From positions 1-64,000 of IMG/VR virus record IMGVR_UViG_3300042863_000147: a stretch of 64,000 bases of DNA, one strand, 5' to 3'. The position numbers and the translations under genes are program-made. The notes below the pieces were generated by a model. The model ran no database searches. It was not told the origin of the DNA and was given only the letters and a program-made list of their open reading frames with translations. The DNA comes from a virus. Shown one piece after another: positions 1 to 10,751 of the stretch (within the stretch, counting starts at the first letter, position 1; every line of letters starts with the position of its first letter).

Positions 1-1290
1 CATTGCAAGAGACAATGTTGCTGTACTGCCAATTGCTAAAGTTTGGCTTGCACCTACATACCAGTTATGTACGTTACCAGCAATAGTATAGGCGCCTCGT
101 GTTAGAGCGAGACCCGAAGAACTAAAGAATGCACCGGTAGCCGTATTACTCGGATATACCCCGTAACCTAATACCGGTCCGCCACTACTGTATTCTGTAC
201 CAAGATTAGTAATAGAACCTGTTCCATATTGGCCTTGAAGAATAATAGAGCCGTTGGTGCTACTTGCACTACCTGCGACAATACTACCTGTCACATTTAA
301 TCTGTTAGTAAAACCAGTGTTTAATTGTGATGATCCACCAGTTAAAAATAATGCAGAGCTGTTGTGAAACATCCAAGTAGTTGCTTGGTCGCCCCATGCC
401 TGACTAGTGGTGTTAGGATCTCGATCCCACCATGTTCTAGTGTCTGTCATCGGAGTAGTAAAACTAGCATCTACCCAAATACCGTCATGAATGTTCTGTG
501 TTGACCAGTCCGTGCCTGCGGCTCTTCTACGGCGCCACTCTGTTCTATAAACATTATTGCCAAGGCCGCCGCTGGCCTGTGTTGTGAGTATCCTCTGAAA
601 ACTGTTAATAGTTCCAGATAAAGTAGATAACGCTCTTACGTTTAATGGAGATGCTCCATCTTGGCTACCAACGCCAACAAAGCCCGTGGCAGGATTAATA
701 GTAAATGTACTTGTTGTATAGACTGCTTCGGCAGTAGACACTGCATTATTGCTGTCAACAAAGGTTAAAAAATGGTTATCACTAGTTGTACGTAATACAG
801 TATTAACTTGACCAGCTGCACCACTAATACTACTATCAGTGAATGCAACGTCTTTAAAAGTTGAATATGCTGTTGCACTTCCCCATGCTTGTTGATAAAT
901 TCTCATACCAATAGCATCTTTTCGGAACATGACTAAATTGTCATTGCCGCCAGTGCCGTCAGCATAACTTCTTAAATGTAGATAATCTGCGTATGGCGAT
1001 GTATTGTTGTTAGCAAGTGATGTAAATCCAAAACGCATTGCACTTGCACTATCATCACTCGGTGCTTTAACCCTATCATCAGAACTTGCTATATATGTTG
1101 CGGTGCCAGCAGCAATACTACTAGCAGCAGCCCATATGGGAGCAGTTCCGCTACTGGTCAATACTGTGCCAGCGGCACCAATAGAAACAAACACTGTTGA
1201 GCTAGTTGCACTCTGATAGGGAATACTGCCCAGTGCGCCGCCTCTTACACTAGTTGCTGTGGAAAACGATAATTGACTAGCTATACCCAT
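1..1290 (-). CDS. Tail fibre-like protein, truncated by the left window edge
   Basis: Not in the ORF track. ATG at 1290 opens a frame to position 1 (MGIASQLSFSTATSVRGGALGSIPYQSATSSTVFVSIGAAGTVLTSSGTAPIW...). Shares the GG-x-GxIPYQ and FVDSNNA modules with 4231..6978. Confidence 0.75.
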   Translation of the reverse strand, partial: MGIASQLSFSTATSVRGGALGSIPYQSATSSTVFVSIGAAGTVLTSSGTAPIWAAASSIAAGTATYIASSDDRVKAPSDDSASAMRFGFTSLANNNTSPYADYLHLRSYADGTGGNDNLVMFRKDAIGMRIYQQAWGSATAYSTFKDVAFTDSSISGAAGQVNTVLRTTSDNHFLTFVDSNNAVSTAEAVYTTSTFTINPATGFVGVGSQDGASPLNVRALSTLSGTINSFQRILTTQASGGLGNNVYRTEWRRRRAAGTDWSTQNIHDGIWVDASFTTPMTDTRTWWDRDPNTTSQAWGDQATTWMFHNSSALFLTGGSSQLNTGFTNRLNVTGSIVAGSASSTNGSIILQGQYGTGSITNLGTEYSSGGPVLGYGVYPSNTATGAFFSSSGLALTRGAYTIAGNVHNWYVGASQTLAIGSTATLSLAM

Positions 1291-1315
1291 TTAATATTCT
1301 CTATGTTTAATTTCA

Positions 1316-4201
1316 TTAAGCCTGTGCTTCGCCCCAACGTAGTAATACCGATGCTGCGGTGGTACCTGATACAGTTCTAACGTTGATTGCTAAAATATCA
1401 GGACCGTTTGGATATGCACCTACGCCGCCAAACGGGCTGTTAGTAAGTTCTTTCAATGCAGTTAGGTCCAATCTATCATCGCTGTTAGGAGTTGCAGCAA
1501 ACGCAAATACCTGCTCACCCGGCACTGCAAATGTACCACTTGCCCAAGTAACTGATGTTGCCACCTGCGCCAAACTTGGTTGTCCACCTTGACTTTCTAA
1601 GTTAAGTGTTTGCCAAGTTGCAGCGGTAAAGTTTTTAGGATTTAACACGCCTTCAACAATAACGGAACCTTGACTTGCGCCAGGACCGGTACCGTAGGTC
1701 TGAATACCCACAGCGTTTAGTAATAGTTGAGAACGATTTAACAAATCTTTGGCACCTAAGTCACCCACCGCAGCGTTCGAAACACTTGGCGCAAGTCTGA
1801 TCAAGAATGCAGTTACCGCAGTAGTTCCAATTGCTAATGCAGTTCGTTGATAGTTAAAAATGTATCCACGATCTTCGTCAAAACCACCATCACAAATTAA
1901 CGCACTACCCCAGTGACTTAATGTCGGGCTTGCAGTATTTGAAACTAATAATACACCAACGCCAACTGCATGTGTAGCCGCAGTGCTCCCGGTAAAACTT
2001 CTAGTACTTCCACCAGTGTATTGACTTAATGTTGCAGCCCGGCCGCAACCAGTGAACGATGTAGCAGTTTTGCCTGTGTAACTGATTAACTCGTTGTCAA
2101 TATATAATGTTCCTGCTGAAGGAAAATATGTTGTATCATTAACGTTAAGAGTTGTGCCACCTGAACCGGGATCCGCAGTTAAGAAAGTAGTCTGCGGACT
2201 TCCGTCATTATCAATACTATAGCGCACTGGCAAGTTACCAGTTCTCATATGGGCTTCTGTGTTAACGTTGTTATTCTTAATACGGTGTGCATAAACCCAA
2301 TTACCATCTCCGCCTCGAACCATGTAGTCAATAAATCCAGCACCATACCACGTATATTGTAATCCTAACATGTGCATCTTACCAGTATCAATAACAAATC
2401 CACTAGGACCAGTGCCATCTAATTTGTCAATATTGAATTGACTTTGCGGTATTCGAGTTTCTTGAACTAAACTGGCTTTTGCTCCTGCAATATTAGATGT
2501 TCCTCTAAAGTCGGGGTTAACGTTCATAGATGTATTACTCGAAACTTGTGTAACATAATGAGTCATTCCTCGAATAACTATTTTATCACCCGCTCTTACT
2601 TGACTGGTAAATCTAGTGTTAGTGCCTGTCACTGCGTTAGAGTTTGCATTGATAGCAATAGTTCCGCTCAACTGTTGTGTAGCATTTCTACGTACTACTG
2701 CTAGAGTAGTACCGTTAAATTCCCAAAACATTCCATTTTGATCATCAAAACAGCCAGCACGAACAACACCACCGTGCCACGCTGCTATAGTAACTTTTGC
2801 ACTGATGTCTAATACAGGTGATGTTGATCCTAGCACACTGGTTGCTAAGAAAGTAAATGTATAGTCATCTGTAATACCGTTCACAGTATAAGTTCCGTTA
2901 TATCCAGAAGTTGTAACTCCGCTGATAGTAACGCTAGCGCCTACTTGCAAACCGTGATCAACATCATCTGTTTTACAGGTAATAGTTGCACCGACTGTTG
3001 TTGCACCTGCACTCAGTGTTTGTATATCATAACTAGGTCTTAGCAGTGTTCCTGTGGACCATAGTAGACCCTTACCAGATTGATAACGGAAATATTTTTT
3101 ACTTACACGAACTGCACTGGCTCCGAACGCTGGCGATTTACAAGTTAAAAGGACACCGCCGTCAAACGATCTATGAATAACAGACGTATTGGCAATTGCA
3201 TAGACCGTTGCGGTTGCTGGACTTGTTACGGCGGCACCTGTTCTTGCGGTATAAGTCAATGTAGTATCACTGGGCACTGTTTCTGCAAAAAAGGGACCAG
3301 TTGCTAATGCTACGTTTGTGCCAGATGCCACGTTTACATATATAGGAGTTCCTGGAACTAAGCCGTGTTTAGATGCAAAAGTTAATGTTATTACAGAAGG
3401 AGTAGCTCCATTGCTGGCAATGCCGCTTACATTCAAACTAGCACCAGTGTAGAGGTTTCCTCTTTTAAGAACTGTAACATCTGTTAATAAACTCTGTCCG
3501 TTAGTTCCAACTACGCCTGTTGCAAAATATGTTATACTAGTTCCAGATGCAGTTGCAACAATAAAATTACCGTCTGCTCGACTGAATCCGGTAATAGCCG
3601 GACTTAAACTGGTGATGTTAATTGCCTGTCCAGCAGTTATGCCATGATTTGCGGTTGTATTAATTGTAATAGTGCTGTTGGGACTAGCACCGTTAGTGGT
3701 TATGGTGCTGACCGTTAAATCAACACCCGGGAATTCATAGATACTGGGATAGCCACGTAGCAATCCATAGCCTGCCCACTTAGTTGGCTGTAGTCCGTAT
3801 TCAAAGTCAGCGTCAATTAGACTTTGAGGATTACTTACTCGCATACGCTCAATTGCATCTGTGCCGAACTGGTATGGTCGGAATATTACTTCTTTTTCTT
3901 CAGTTAAGATTTGTAATCTATCACCGGCTAGTTGTCCAACAGTACTGACCGCCAGTGTAATTATTGTATATCCATCAACACGTTGGCTAATTCTAGGAAA
4001 GTTAGTAGCATCATCTCCTGCTACAAATGTTGCCGTAGATCCCGCAAATGCAGCATCTGCAAAACTATAAATGATTTGATTTCTAGTGGTGTTGGTAATT
4101 AATAAAATTTGACTAAGATCAAATCTTCCCGGGATTCTAATAGTTCCCACTCCGGCTGCACCGGGTGCAAAAACATATTGTCTAACTAAATTCTTTGCCA
4201 T
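1316..4201 (-). CDS. Virion structural protein with repeated HG(L/I)xxG beta-modules
   Basis: 961 aa. Repeats HGITAGQAI, HGLVPGTPI and HGLQVGASV. Exact TATAAATA late promoter upstream; lies among fibre genes. Confidence 0.65.
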   Translation of the reverse strand: MAKNLVRQYVFAPGAAGVGTIRIPGRFDLSQILLITNTTRNQIIYSFADAAFAGSTATFVAGDDATNFPRISQRVDGYTIITLAVSTVGQLAGDRLQILTEEKEVIFRPYQFGTDAIERMRVSNPQSLIDADFEYGLQPTKWAGYGLLRGYPSIYEFPGVDLTVSTITTNGASPNSTITINTTANHGITAGQAINITSLSPAITGFSRADGNFIVATASGTSITYFATGVVGTNGQSLLTDVTVLKRGNLYTGASLNVSGIASNGATPSVITLTFASKHGLVPGTPIYVNVASGTNVALATGPFFAETVPSDTTLTYTARTGAAVTSPATATVYAIANTSVIHRSFDGGVLLTCKSPAFGASAVRVSKKYFRYQSGKGLLWSTGTLLRPSYDIQTLSAGATTVGATITCKTDDVDHGLQVGASVTISGVTTSGYNGTYTVNGITDDYTFTFLATSVLGSTSPVLDISAKVTIAAWHGGVVRAGCFDDQNGMFWEFNGTTLAVVRRNATQQLSGTIAINANSNAVTGTNTRFTSQVRAGDKIVIRGMTHYVTQVSSNTSMNVNPDFRGTSNIAGAKASLVQETRIPQSQFNIDKLDGTGPSGFVIDTGKMHMLGLQYTWYGAGFIDYMVRGGDGNWVYAHRIKNNNVNTEAHMRTGNLPVRYSIDNDGSPQTTFLTADPGSGGTTLNVNDTTYFPSAGTLYIDNELISYTGKTATSFTGCGRAATLSQYTGGSTRSFTGSTAATHAVGVGVLLVSNTASPTLSHWGSALICDGGFDEDRGYIFNYQRTALAIGTTAVTAFLIRLAPSVSNAAVGDLGAKDLLNRSQLLLNAVGIQTYGTGPGASQGSVIVEGVLNPKNFTAATWQTLNLESQGGQPSLAQVATSVTWASGTFAVPGEQVFAFAATPNSDDRLDLTALKELTNSPFGGVGAYPNGPDILAINVRTVSGTTAASVLLRWGEAQA

Positions 4202-4220
4202 ATTTGTTTACCTTATCTAG

Positions 4221-4228
4221 TATTTATA
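4221..4228 (-). promoter_or_regulatory. T4-type (gp55) late promoter TATAAATA
   Basis: Exact T4 late consensus about 20 nt upstream of the 4201 start. Confidence 0.8.
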
Positions 4229-4230
4229 GG

Positions 4231-6978
4231 TTACATAGACAGTGCTACGCTCATTGCTATTGAGAAATTCTGTATATTGTTGACTGCTGTACTGCTGCCT
4301 CCTGATACTATTTTAATACGATCATTTACTGCTCTTGGTTCAGCAACTACTACAGTAGTTCCGTTGCTGGCTGCAAAATCAACACTGTCTAAATTAATAC
4401 CGTTAGCAAATACCTGTACTGTTCCCACAGTATATCCACCGCTTATGGTAAAAGTTATCTGTCCAGCAGTGGCAACAAATTCTTGGATATTTAAAGGAAT
4501 AACCCTAGTACCCCTAGTAAATATATCACCGCCAACGTAGACACTGCCACCAATGCCTGCACCGCCGTTAACTACCTGCAGAGCACCTGTATTTGTGCTA
4601 GTAGCCGCAGTACTATTATTGATAACAAACGTACTAGTTGTGCCTGTACCGCTCGCAGATGTTGCTCCGGACCCTGATGTAGCAGTTGTTAATTCTTTAG
4701 TTACTGTATTGTAAAATACGCCCCAGGTTGTTGCACTAGTTGTAGCATCTGCACGTAAATTTCCAATATATAATGTTCCACCAATGCCTACTCCGCCAGC
4801 AACAGTTAATGCGCCAGATAAAGTAGAAGTTGCTACAACAGTCGAACGGACATTAACCTGCCCGTCACCTTCAATTGATAATCTTTCTGTGCTGTTGGTT
4901 GCAAATGATATAGGTTTGGCACCTTGTGCATCAATGTATGCACCGGATAAACTACTACCTCGACCAGTTCGACTAATGTTCTGTGCAACTCCAATAGTTA
5001 AGTTTGTAGAAAGTGTTGCACCTCCATTAACTGTTAGACCTGCAATAGACCCACCTATAACATTGCCAAAATCAACAATAATTCGCCCATCAGTATTAAT
5101 AGCAGTGTTGCTGCCGTTTTTATATACTGTGAGGCCACCTTTAGATTCGCCCGATGTTCCAATTATTGTTGCGCCAGTATTAGGATTAATTGAAAAACTA
5201 CTTGTAGTATAAACTAATTCATATGCATTTGCAGCATTGTTACTGTCAACAAAAGTAGGATAATATACAGCATTGGTATTTTGTGATATTGTTCTAATAT
5301 TATCAGCATTAGTTGCACTACCTGCGCCAATGCCTGCAGAACTGACCCAAGTTGGAGCACTACCAGTACCATTGGTCTGTAATATAAATCCACTTGATCC
5401 AGCTGCTAAGAATGCCGTAGTGTTGGCTGCACTCTGATATACCAAACTCATAGCAGTGCCGCCAGCTAAGTTTGCATCTACAGCTCCTTTTGTACCCGAC
5501 ACTACTTCATTAGTAATAGTAGCAGTTTGTATGTAGGTTAAGAATCCTGTGCTGTCATCATAGCCAAAGAATCCGGTGCTGGTTGTTCCACCGTTATTAA
5601 CCCATTTAAATGCTATACCACGATCTTTATTATCATCAACTGTAGGTGCAGCATTACCTGCGCCGCCGCCTAATGTAATAATAGGATCTGCAATATTAGT
5701 AACAGTGCTATCAACAATGGTAGTCGTACCTTGTACTGTTAAGTTACCTGCTACTGATAGGTTATTTCTAACAGTAGTTGAGCCTGATGTTGCTCCAACG
5801 TTAAGTGTAGTAGCTGCGCCTGCAAAATTAACCGTAGTTGCCGTAGTGTTGATTAAATTGTAAGTAGCAGCCAGTGTTGAATATGTTCCGCCAACTTGAA
5901 CAATATTTTCTTGAACAAACAACGATCTACCAATGCCTACTCCGCCTGCTACTCTTAGCGCACCAGATGAGGTAGAAGATGCCACAGTTGATTGAGGAAT
6001 TACAACTTCGTCAGATGCATTGATCTGAATTTTAGTCGAATTGTGAATTAATTCGAGTAACCCAACAGCCATGCCACTGTTAATATATGCATTTGTATTG
6101 GTATTCCTACCAATTTCCATTGTTCCGAACAAACTCTTAATTGAAATATATTTGTCTGCTCCGTTTGATATACTACCTAAAGATAATAATTCTCCGTTAG
6201 CTAATAGCCCAGTTATTTTTTGTTCTACAAATAAATCTCTTCCAATGCCAACACCACCTACTACCTGAAGAGCTCCAGTTGCAGTTGAAGTAGCTGCTGT
6301 GGTGCCAGTTAATGTCAATGTATTGTTATATGTAGGAGCACTTGTTCCATTACTAACCAGTACGTTGCCGGCGGTGCCTGTACTTACAAAACTGGTAACA
6401 CCTGGTGCAGTTTGATAAGGTATCTGTCCAGCTACTCCACCTGCAAGATTGGTTGCAGTAGTAGCAGTACCAGTTACAGATCCGTTAAACGTTCCATAAA
6501 TTATGCCGCCAACTCGTAAGTCACCACCAATGCCAACACCGCCTACCACTTGCAAAGCGCCTGTGTTAGTAGATGTTGCTGAAGTAGTATTTGTAACTAA
6601 CGCTAATCCAGCTAATGTGCTTGTACCGGTTACTCCTAATGTACCGCTTGCAACAATATTAGTTGCGCTAAGGCCATTAAGCACACTCGTGCCAGTTACA
6701 CCTAGAGTACCACTGAAAGTAGCAGAAGTAGCATTCACAACCCTCAATGTACTAGTGCCAGTAACACCTAGTGTTCCACTTGCGACTATATTAGTCGATT
6801 GTACTCCGTTTAATACAGATATGCCGCCAACAAATAAATTTCCGCCTACGCCAACTCCGCCCACTACTTCCAAAGCACCGGTTGTGGTTGAGGTCGATTG
6901 TTCGGTTCCATTAACAAATAGTTGTGTATCGACGGTTCCAGTGCCGTAGATTCGTGTGCCGGTTAAGAGTTTTGCCAT
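4231..6978 (-). CDS. Tail fibre-like repeat protein
   Basis: 915 aa, rich in T/S/G. Repeated TSxxTGALxVxGGVGIG motifs and three SGTLGVTGT 22-aa repeats. Confidence 0.7.
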   Translation of the reverse strand: MAKLLTGTRIYGTGTVDTQLFVNGTEQSTSTTTGALEVVGGVGVGGNLFVGGISVLNGVQSTNIVASGTLGVTGTSTLRVVNATSATFSGTLGVTGTSVLNGLSATNIVASGTLGVTGTSTLAGLALVTNTTSATSTNTGALQVVGGVGIGGDLRVGGIIYGTFNGSVTGTATTATNLAGGVAGQIPYQTAPGVTSFVSTGTAGNVLVSNGTSAPTYNNTLTLTGTTAATSTATGALQVVGGVGIGRDLFVEQKITGLLANGELLSLGSISNGADKYISIKSLFGTMEIGRNTNTNAYINSGMAVGLLELIHNSTKIQINASDEVVIPQSTVASSTSSGALRVAGGVGIGRSLFVQENIVQVGGTYSTLAATYNLINTTATTVNFAGAATTLNVGATSGSTTVRNNLSVAGNLTVQGTTTIVDSTVTNIADPIITLGGGAGNAAPTVDDNKDRGIAFKWVNNGGTTSTGFFGYDDSTGFLTYIQTATITNEVVSGTKGAVDANLAGGTAMSLVYQSAANTTAFLAAGSSGFILQTNGTGSAPTWVSSAGIGAGSATNADNIRTISQNTNAVYYPTFVDSNNAANAYELVYTTSSFSINPNTGATIIGTSGESKGGLTVYKNGSNTAINTDGRIIVDFGNVIGGSIAGLTVNGGATLSTNLTIGVAQNISRTGRGSSLSGAYIDAQGAKPISFATNSTERLSIEGDGQVNVRSTVVATSTLSGALTVAGGVGIGGTLYIGNLRADATTSATTWGVFYNTVTKELTTATSGSGATSASGTGTTSTFVINNSTAATSTNTGALQVVNGGAGIGGSVYVGGDIFTRGTRVIPLNIQEFVATAGQITFTISGGYTVGTVQVFANGINLDSVDFAASNGTTVVVAEPRAVNDRIKIVSGGSSTAVNNIQNFSIAMSVALSM

Positions 6979-6985
6979 AGTCTTC

Positions 6986-6993
6986 TATTTATT
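6986..6993 (-). promoter_or_regulatory. Late promoter (AATAAATA)
   Basis: TAAATA core 7 nt upstream of the ATG at 6978. Confidence 0.6.
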
Positions 6994-7000
6994 CAATATT

Positions 7001-7222
7001 TTAAGTTGGCTTATTCACCTCATCAAAGCCGTTTGAGACTAGTAGAGTCCCTGTGTTAGTTTCTCTCTTTGCTACGCCGCCGCCGTATATAGAAACTTCG
7101 TCAAATTGAGCAGCGTATTGCGTAGTAGTTGTAATTCGAATTGTAGAAGTCGTCACTTCATCAAATTCACCACTGATAAAAAGTGTTCCAGTAGAAGTTA
7201 TTCTAGCTGCAATCGTAGGCAT
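7001..7222 (-). CDS. Small hypothetical structural protein
   Basis: 73 aa with three FDEV motifs; start overlaps the stop of the upstream fibre gene. Confidence 0.6.
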   Translation of the reverse strand: MPTIAARITSTGTLFISGEFDEVTTSTIRITTTTQYAAQFDEVSIYGGGVAKRETNTGTLLVSNGFDEVNKPT

Positions 7223-10200
7223 TATGCAAACACCGTATCTAAACTATTTGTTACAGCGTTATATACTTGATACACTGCACTTACATTACCGGTACTAACA
7301 AATCCTACACGGTTCTTAACATAGACGCTATCTCCTACACCAATGCCGCCTACAACCTGTAATGCTCCAGTTGTTGTTGAGATCGACGACGTTGTATTAG
7401 TTATAGATACTGCATTAGAAGTAGCTGCGCCCCTATTAGTGATAGACTGAAGTGTGCTAGTATTCCATATTAGGACTGCACCGGTGCTGGTACTAACTAC
7501 CGTATCGGTGCCAGCAGCAATAGAACTTACACCATAACTGCCAATAGTTGCAGTTGTTAAAATTTCTGCATTATTAATATAACTTGTACGCTGAACATAT
7601 AATGCACCACCAATACCGACTCCGCCTACTACCTGTAGAGCGCCAGTTGTGGTCGAAGTAGCTGACGTATTATTTGTAACAGATGTTAATCCAAAAAATA
7701 CGCTTGTACCAGTAACACCTAATGTTCCACTGAAGGTAGCCGATGTAGCATTCAACACTCCTAATGTGCTTGTACCAGTAACACCTAATGTTCCACTTGC
7801 AACAATATTAGAAGCTTGTAAGCCATTGAGTACCGAAGTACCTGTAACGCCCAGTGTTCCGCTTGCTACAATATTAGTAGCCCGTAATCCATTAAGTACA
7901 GATGTACCAGTTACTCCTAAAGTACCACTTGCAACAATATTAGAAGCTTGCAATCCATTAAGCACACTTGTGCCAGTAACACCTAATGTACCACTGAAAG
8001 TAGCAGAAGTAGCATTTACGACTCCTAATGTACTTGTACCAGTAACACCTAGTGTTCCACTTGCTACTATGTTAGTCGATTGTACTCCAGCTAATACACT
8101 TATTCCGCCAACACGTAGGTCTCCACCAATGCCAACACCACCTACAACTTGTAATGCTCCTGTATTGGTTGCAGTTGCTGTGGTTGTATTTGTAATTACA
8201 ATTTGATTTGTAGTAGTAAATCCGCGATTAGTAATTGACTGAAGCGTGCTAGTATTCCATATAACAACACTGCCAGTAGATGATGATACTACTGTATCAG
8301 TTCCTGCTGTGATAGTGCTTACCCCGTAACTTCCTAGAGTTGAAGTTGTTATAATCTGGGCGCCGTTAATGTAACTAGTCTGCTGAACATATAATGCTCC
8401 GCCAATGCCAACACCTCCGCGGACTTGCAATGCACCTGTACTGGTAGAAGTTGCTGCTGTAGTGTTAGTAACTGTTGTTAAACCAGCTAATGTGCTAGTG
8501 CCAGTTACTCCTAAAGTACCGCTTGCTACAATATTAGTGGCTTGTAATCCATTAAGCACCGAAGTACCAGTTACACCCAATGTACCACTGAAAGTGGCAG
8601 AAGTTGCATTTAATATTCTTAATGTAGTTGTGCCAGTAACACCCAACGTTCCACTTGCTACTATGTTAGAGGCTTGCAATCCATTAAGTACTGAGGTACC
8701 CGTAACACCTAACGTACCGCTGAAAGTAGCAGAAGTAGCATTTAATATTCTTAATACGCTGGTACTGCCAACATGCAAATTCCCACCAATACCAACTCCG
8801 CCTGCAACAACTAATGTCCCTGTGCTAGTTGAAGTTGCTGTAGTGGTGTGTTCTAATAAAATCGATCCAGTTCTAAATACACCAAATGTAGCAGTACTAA
8901 CATCCCACCGTTGTGTCAAGGGAACGAGATCAACTCCGCCCATATACCAACGAAGTTCATCTGATGCATTATGCCAAATTAATGCCCCGTGTTCGTCACC
9001 AGTTGAATCTTTGTAGTGGTGATATATGTGTCCGATATCTTTTCCGTCATCGACAAACCACTCGCCGTCGTCCCCGCTGCCTGCCGGAAAATGAAGTTCA
9101 ATATAGTTGTCGGTATAAACAGTAGTTGTAGAAAAAATACTAGTCGATGTACCGGAGAATACCACATTGTTAGAAAAGTATGCCGGACCCTCAACATATA
9201 AACTACCGTTGATTCCAACGCCACCAACAACCTGGAGTGCATTGCCTGCAACTGTAGTTGTGTTCGATAGTGTGCTGGTTAGAGTTAATGTATTATTATA
9301 AGTAGGCGCACTTGTTCCGTTACTGACCAATACATTGCCAGCTGTCCCGGGTCCGTAAAAATTTGTCACTCCTGACGATGTCTGATAAGGAACTTGTCCG
9401 GCAGTACCTCCAGAGATATTAGTTGCAGTAGTAATACTACCTGCGCCAACTAATGTTCCGTAAATTGTACCACCTACATGTAAGTTACCACCGACTCCAA
9501 CTCCACCTGTAACCTGCAATGCTCCACTGTCTGTAGAAATAGCAGATGTATTATTAGTAATTGAAACAGCGTTACTGGTTACAGATCCTCGATCAGTTAT
9601 GCTCTGTAGCGTACTTTCGTTCCAAACTGTAACAATGCCAGATGATGTATTAACTGCTGTGTCAGTTCCTGCTATAATTATAGTTTTGCTAGCATATAGA
9701 TCTACAGTAGCAGTAGTTAATACTAGAGAATCGTTAATGTATGAAGCAGTGTTAATATATAAAGAAGCTGCGTATAATGTTCCTCCAATTCCAACACCGC
9801 CATCAACAATCAACGCTCCGGTAGTAGTAGAGACCGAAGGCGTAGTATTTGTAATGTGGATAGCATTAGTAGTAGTTGAGCCCCTAGAAGATACAGAATC
9901 TAATGTACTATAATTCCACACAGTGACTGTGCCAGTATTTGAACTTACCGCAGTATCAGTTCCAGCTGTGAGTGTCTGCACACCTAAATTGACTACTGTA
10001 AAAGATGCAGTGGTGCCTGATGAAGTTAAATTAACTATGCCAATGTATGTACTGCCGCTAGCAGCAACAGATGTTACGACTCTATTGTTGCTATCATATA
10101 ATGCATTTGCATATAGCTCTCCACCTACTCCCACACCACCAATTACAGTCAATGCTCCGGTATCAGTAGATATCGCTGATGTAGTATTCAATATAGAAAT

Positions 10201-10737
10201 AGCTACAGTAGTCGATGATCCCTTTTCTGTAACTGCTTGTAATGTACTGGCAATAATAGTTGCAGTAGTTAATACTTCAGATCCGTTTATCCATGCTCGA
10301 CCACCAACCCATAGATCTTTTTGTATTCCTACGCCGCCAGCTACTTGTAATGCACCAGTAGTTGAAGAAGTTGAATTAGTTTGGCTAGCAAGAGTTGCAT
10401 TATTAAATTGACTTAGACCGCCGACCAGTAATCTAGATGCAACATCTAATTGACTTGCAGTTGTTATTCCAGAAGTTAGAGCATTTAGTGTACTAAGACT
10501 AGTGACTGTTAAATCTGTAAATGTACCAGTAGTAATAGTAAGATAAGGTATCGATCCATAAACAGTTAAGTCGCCATAGATTTCTGCATCAGTTCCAACT
10601 ATTAAATTTTTTGCAACGGCGGCTCCGCCATCAACTTGCAATGTACCAGTATTGCCAGTAGATGATGTTACAACAGATGTTCCTAAAACGGTTAACCCGG
10701 AGTTAACAATAAAGTCTTGCGTTGGAGCTTGTGCCAT
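7222..10737 (-). CDS. Long tail fibre-like repeat protein
   Basis: 1171 aa. Many TGALQVxGGVGIGG and TLQSITxRG repeats, plus ten 22-aa SGTLGVTGT repeats. Confidence 0.7.
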   Translation of the reverse strand: MAQAPTQDFIVNSGLTVLGTSVVTSSTGNTGTLQVDGGAAVAKNLIVGTDAEIYGDLTVYGSIPYLTITTGTFTDLTVTSLSTLNALTSGITTASQLDVASRLLVGGLSQFNNATLASQTNSTSSTTGALQVAGGVGIQKDLWVGGRAWINGSEVLTTATIIASTLQAVTEKGSSTTVAISILNTTSAISTDTGALTVIGGVGVGGELYANALYDSNNRVVTSVAASGSTYIGIVNLTSSGTTASFTVVNLGVQTLTAGTDTAVSSNTGTVTVWNYSTLDSVSSRGSTTTNAIHITNTTPSVSTTTGALIVDGGVGIGGTLYAASLYINTASYINDSLVLTTATVDLYASKTIIIAGTDTAVNTSSGIVTVWNESTLQSITDRGSVTSNAVSITNNTSAISTDSGALQVTGGVGVGGNLHVGGTIYGTLVGAGSITTATNISGGTAGQVPYQTSSGVTNFYGPGTAGNVLVSNGTSAPTYNNTLTLTSTLSNTTTVAGNALQVVGGVGINGSLYVEGPAYFSNNVVFSGTSTSIFSTTTVYTDNYIELHFPAGSGDDGEWFVDDGKDIGHIYHHYKDSTGDEHGALIWHNASDELRWYMGGVDLVPLTQRWDVSTATFGVFRTGSILLEHTTTATSTSTGTLVVAGGVGIGGNLHVGSTSVLRILNATSATFSGTLGVTGTSVLNGLQASNIVASGTLGVTGTTTLRILNATSATFSGTLGVTGTSVLNGLQATNIVASGTLGVTGTSTLAGLTTVTNTTAATSTSTGALQVRGGVGIGGALYVQQTSYINGAQIITTSTLGSYGVSTITAGTDTVVSSSTGSVVIWNTSTLQSITNRGFTTTNQIVITNTTTATATNTGALQVVGGVGIGGDLRVGGISVLAGVQSTNIVASGTLGVTGTSTLGVVNATSATFSGTLGVTGTSVLNGLQASNIVASGTLGVTGTSVLNGLRATNIVASGTLGVTGTSVLNGLQASNIVASGTLGVTGTSTLGVLNATSATFSGTLGVTGTSVFFGLTSVTNNTSATSTTTGALQVVGGVGIGGALYVQRTSYINNAEILTTATIGSYGVSSIAAGTDTVVSTSTGAVLIWNTSTLQSITNRGAATSNAVSITNTTSSISTTTGALQVVGGIGVGDSVYVKNRVGFVSTGNVSAVYQVYNAVTNSLDTVFA
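7687..8082 (-). repeat. Six tandem 66-bp (22-aa) coding repeats (approximate ends)
   Basis: Units of type QASNIVASGTLGVTGTSVLNGL or NATSATFSGTLGVTGTSVLNGL. Confidence 0.85.
8478..8742 (-). repeat. Four tandem 66-bp (22-aa) coding repeats (approximate ends)
   Basis: Same SGTLGVTGT unit as 7687-8082. Confidence 0.85.
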
Positions 10738-10751
10738 GCCGTTTTATTTCC

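Noticed and set aside
6300-9430. Diversity-generating retroelement TR/VR pair among the fibre repeats
   Set aside because: Differences are synonymous third-position changes rather than adenine-specific, and no reverse transcriptase is in the window
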